Position numbers and translations under genes: made by a program. Below, piece after piece: positions 60,898 to 64,000 of a stretch of DNA of 64,000 nucleotides. This stretch comes from an uncultured delta proteobacterium (lineage in GTDB: Bacteria; Desulfobacterota; Binatia; UBA9968), in assembly GCA_963771465.1 (NCBI GenBank), contig CAVYTU010000017.1:928001-992000 (forward strand), given 5' to 3'. Under the pieces are notes generated by a model. It saw only the letters and a program-made list of their open reading frames with translations. It did no database searches and had not been told where the DNA came from. The first letter of the stretch is position 1. Each line of letters starts with the position of its first letter.

Positions 60898-61758
60898 ATG
60901 GATCGGCGCATGATCGGTGTCATTGGCGGCAGCGGATTGTATCAAATGGCGGGACTCGAAGCCGTGCGGCGAGTCTCGGTCGAGACGCCCTTCGGCAAGC
61001 CTTCCGACAAACTTGTTAGGGGGCGAATCGGCGCCCTGGAACTGGTCTTTTTGCCGCGCCACGGAATCGGCCACCGCTGGTTGCCGACTGAAATAAACTT
61101 TCGCGCTAATATTTTCGCCATGAAAAAACTCGGTGTCGAACGAATTATCTCGGTCAGCGCGGTGGGGAGTCTACGCGCGGAGATCGCGCCTGGTCACTTG
61201 GTCATCCCCGATCAGTTCATCGATCGCACCACCCAGCGGCCCAGCACGTTTTTTGGTAAAGGCATTGTCGCCCATGTGAGTTTGGCCGATCCATTCTGTC
61301 AGGCGCTTTCAGGGATTTTGGCTCGTGCGGCCGCCAGTGAAGGTGCGCGAGTCCACGAGGGCGGTACCTATGTGTGTATGGAAGGGCCGCAGTTCTCAAC
61401 TCGCGCCGAGTCCCACATGTATCGAAGCTGGGGCGCGCATGTCATCGGCATGACCAATTTACAGGAAGCGAAACTGGCGCGGGAAGCGGAGATTTGCTTT
61501 GGCACCTTGGCGCTCGCTACCGATTACGATTGTTGGAATGAACATGCCGGCGACGTCGAGATCGAAAATGTTCTGGCCGTATTGGCGCAGAACGTCGAGC
61601 TGGCGCAAAAGACCATTCGGCGTGCGCTGGCTACACTCGGCGAGCCGCGAACTTGCAGCTGTGCCTCGGCGTTAAAGGATGCTATCATCACCGACAAATC
61701 GCGAATTCCAAAGAAGGTCCGGGCCGAATTGCGGCCGATCATCGGGAAATATTTATGA
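60898..61758 (+). CDS. mtnP: S-methyl-5'-thioadenosine phosphorylase
   Basis: GVIGGSGLY, MEGPQFSTRAES, GMTN, TDYDCW. Confidence 0.93.
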   Translation: MDRRMIGVIGGSGLYQMAGLEAVRRVSVETPFGKPSDKLVRGRIGALELVFLPRHGIGHRWLPTEINFRANIFAMKKLGVERIISVSAVGSLRAEIAPGHLVIPDQFIDRTTQRPSTFFGKGIVAHVSLADPFCQALSGILARAAASEGARVHEGGTYVCMEGPQFSTRAESHMYRSWGAHVIGMTNLQEAKLAREAEICFGTLALATDYDCWNEHAGDVEIENVLAVLAQNVELAQKTIRRALATLGEPRTCSCASALKDAIITDKSRIPKKVRAELRPIIGKYL

Positions 61759-62660
61759 GCGTATTGGTTGTTGGCACCGTTGCTTTTGACTCCATCGAGA
61801 CCCCCTTTGGTTCGGCTGAAAGAATCCTCGGCGGCTCGGCGTCTTATTTTGCCCTCGGCGCTTGTTTCTTTGCGCCGGTGCGGGTCGTCGGCGTGATCGG
61901 CAAAGATTTCCCGCAGGATTATCTCGATCTGTTCGCCGAGCGCAAAATTGACATCGCCGGCATCAAGCGCGAGCCGGGCGACACTTTTCACTGGCGCGGC
62001 CGTTATCACGAAGACATCAATCAGCGCGATACCATCGAGCTCCACCTAAACGTGCTCGCCGGTTTCGTCCCCGAGCTGCCGGATAACTACCGCGACGCGG
62101 AATATGTTTTTCTCGGTAACATCGATCCGGTCATGCAGATGGAAGTGTTGAATCAAATTCGCAGCCTTAAGCTAGTCGTTTGCGACACCATGGATCATTG
62201 GATTCGCGAGAGCCAGGAAGAACTCAAGAAAGTGCTCAAGCGCATCGAAATGCTGGTGATCAACGACTCGGAAGCGCGCCTGCTGAGCGGTTACGACAAT
62301 ATCGTCAAGGCGGCGCGGGCGATTCTCCGCATGGGGCCGAAAATGGTGCTGATCAAGCGCGGCGAATACGGCGTGCTGCAATTTTCCGATTCCTCGGTGT
62401 TCGCGACGCCGGCTTATCCATTGGAAGAAGTCTTCGATCCCACCGGCGCCGGCGATTCGTTTGCCGGTGGCTTGATGGGACATCTCGCGCGCAGCGGCGA
62501 CACAAGCGAGGGCGGCCTGCGCCGCGCCATTGTTTACGGCTCGGTGGTCGCCTCGTTTACGGTAGAGGATTTCGGCGTCAAGCGCTTGACCGAAGTGTCT
62601 CTGCCGGAAATTGAAGAGCGCTACCAAAGATTCGTCCAGCTCACCGATTTCCATTCCTGA
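61755..62660 (+). CDS. PfkB family carbohydrate/nucleoside kinase
   Basis: GGSASY, DPTGAGDSFAGG. Confidence 0.92.
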   Translation: MSVLVVGTVAFDSIETPFGSAERILGGSASYFALGACFFAPVRVVGVIGKDFPQDYLDLFAERKIDIAGIKREPGDTFHWRGRYHEDINQRDTIELHLNVLAGFVPELPDNYRDAEYVFLGNIDPVMQMEVLNQIRSLKLVVCDTMDHWIRESQEELKKVLKRIEMLVINDSEARLLSGYDNIVKAARAILRMGPKMVLIKRGEYGVLQFSDSSVFATPAYPLEEVFDPTGAGDSFAGGLMGHLARSGDTSEGGLRRAIVYGSVVASFTVEDFGVKRLTEVSLPEIEERYQRFVQLTDFHS

Positions 62661-62664
62661 GTCG

Positions 62665-63618
62665 ATGCAGCTCTCCATCGTTATTCCAGTCTTCAATGAG
62701 GAAGAGAACATCCAACCGTTAATCCGTGAAATCGATGCCGTGCTGGCGCCGTCGGGCCGACGCTACGAGATCATCGCCGTCGACGACGGGAGCAAGGACG
62801 GCACCTTCGCGGTGTTGCGCGGCTTGCTGTGTCAACAAAAAACATTGAAAGCGGTGCGGCTCAAGCGCAACTTCGGCCAGACTGCGGCGCTGGCGGCTGG
62901 TTTGGCCTATGCCCAAGGCGACGTGGTCGTGCTCATGGACGGCGATGGGCAAAACGATCCGGCCGATATTCCGGCGCTGCTTAAAAAAATCGATGACGGT
63001 AACGACCTGGTTGCCGGCTGGCGCCATAATCGCCAAGACCCGTTTCTCAACCGGCGCTTGCCGTCGATGATCGCCAATCGGCTGATTTCGTGGACAACCC
63101 AGGTGAAATTGCACGATTATGGTTGTACGCTTAAGGCGATGCGCAAGGATCTGGCCAAAAATTTGCGGCTCTATGGCGAAATGCACCGCTTCATTCCCGC
63201 CATCGCCTACGAGCGCGGCGCGCAGATCGCCGAACTGAAGGTGAATCACCGGCCACGGCTGCGCGGTAAATCGAAATATGGCATCATGCGCACGCTCCGC
63301 GTGGTTCTCGATCTTTTGACCGTCAAGTTTCTCGCCAGCTATTCGACCCGCCCGGCTCATGTCTTCGGACCGATCGGTTTCCTCAGCGGACTGGCGGGTT
63401 TTGCCATGGGCTTGTATTTAACCGTGCAGAAATTGGTCTACGGCCTGCCCATCGGCGGCCGGCCATTGCTGCTCCTGGCGATACTTCTTATTTTTATCGG
63501 CATTCAGTTCATCACCATGGGCTTATTGGGTGAAATGCTGGCGCGTACGTACCATGAATCGCAAAATCGTCCGGTATACGTCGTCGGTGAAATCTTGGGA
63601 GGTGACAAGGCTTTATGA
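62665..63618 (+). CDS. Glycosyltransferase family 2 (ArnC/GtrB-like)
   Basis: [30 protein letters not shown], two C-terminal TMs. Confidence 0.92.
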   Translation: MQLSIVIPVFNEEENIQPLIREIDAVLAPSGRRYEIIAVDDGSKDGTFAVLRGLLCQQKTLKAVRLKRNFGQTAALAAGLAYAQGDVVVLMDGDGQNDPADIPALLKKIDDGNDLVAGWRHNRQDPFLNRRLPSMIANRLISWTTQVKLHDYGCTLKAMRKDLAKNLRLYGEMHRFIPAIAYERGAQIAELKVNHRPRLRGKSKYGIMRTLRVVLDLLTVKFLASYSTRPAHVFGPIGFLSGLAGFAMGLYLTVQKLVYGLPIGGRPLLLLAILLIFIGIQFITMGLLGEMLARTYHESQNRPVYVVGEILGGDKAL

Positions 63619-64000
63619 AGCTCGCTGTGGTTGGCACGGGTTATGTGGGTTTGGTTGCCGGGACTTGTTTTGCCGAGAGCGGCAACGATGTCGTCTGCGT
63701 CGATATCGATGCGAGCAAGATCGCCATGCTCAAAGAAGGTAAGGTGCCGATCTATGAGCCGGGGTTGGAAGAGATGGTTCGCCGCAATGCTGCCGAGGAG
63801 CGACTGTTTTTCTCCACGGATTTGGCGGCGGCGGTAAAACATGCGGCCATCATATTTATCGCCGTCGGTACGCCGCAAGGGCCAACGGGACACGCCAATC
63901 TGGAATACGTTCGCGCCACGGCAAAGGGTATCGCCAAGGCGATGGATGGCTTTAAGATCATCGTCACCAAGAGCACGGTGCCGGTGGGCACGGCGGATCA
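63615..64000 (+). CDS. ugd: UDP-glucose 6-dehydrogenase (5' part, runs off the window)
   Basis: [35 protein letters not shown]. Confidence 0.92.
   Translation, partial: MKLAVVGTGYVGLVAGTCFAESGNDVVCVDIDASKIAMLKEGKVPIYEPGLEEMVRRNAAEERLFFSTDLAAAVKHAAIIFIAVGTPQGPTGHANLEYVRATAKGIAKAMDGFKIIVTKSTVPVGTAD

Noticed and set aside
1-64000. CRISPR array, rRNA or intact IS transposase
   Set aside because: No regularly spaced repeats, rRNA signatures or DDE/HUH transposase ORFs were seen.

Overview
GC-rich bacterial chromosomal window. The gene repertoire (many amidohydrolases, an LLM oxidoreductase, an NRPS carrier fragment, Deltaproteobacteria-like core genes) suggests a Binatota/Desulfobacterota-like genome; this is an inference. 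Most of the window is housekeeping: PDH complex (aceE-aceF-lpdA) with lplA, thrB, csp, a stand-alone nuoB, menG, polyprenyl synthase, tRNA-Leu, valS-nadC-birA-coaX-fusA2, a full ccmA-H(I) operon, and icd-mdh-sucCD-ndk-rlmN-mtnP-pfkB-GT2-ugd. Two accessory regions stand out. (i) About 5.2-8.5 kb, at the 3' end of a 5'-3' exonuclease gene: the exonuclease is now fused in frame to an NRPS carrier (PCP) domain, a diverged copy of its 3' end lies 1.6 kb away, and a lower-GC HEPN-like gene is nearby. (ii) A ~6 kb tyrosine-integrase island in tRNA-Met(CAT) (16210-22317), in tandem with an older integrase remnant. In this island the integrase ORF runs through the att core, so its C-terminus would change on excision. 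The two copies of the tRNA 3' half differ by compensatory T-stem changes. The cargo includes a Tat-exported PCYCGC protein with an in-frame UGA in a UxxC motif followed by a SECIS-like hairpin (candidate selenoprotein), between a CDF-type metal transporter and a Met-rich protein. A ~175-nt 6S-like RNA with its own sigma70 promoter lies at 2289-2461. Several single-base frameshifts in core genes suggest consensus-sequence indel errors.
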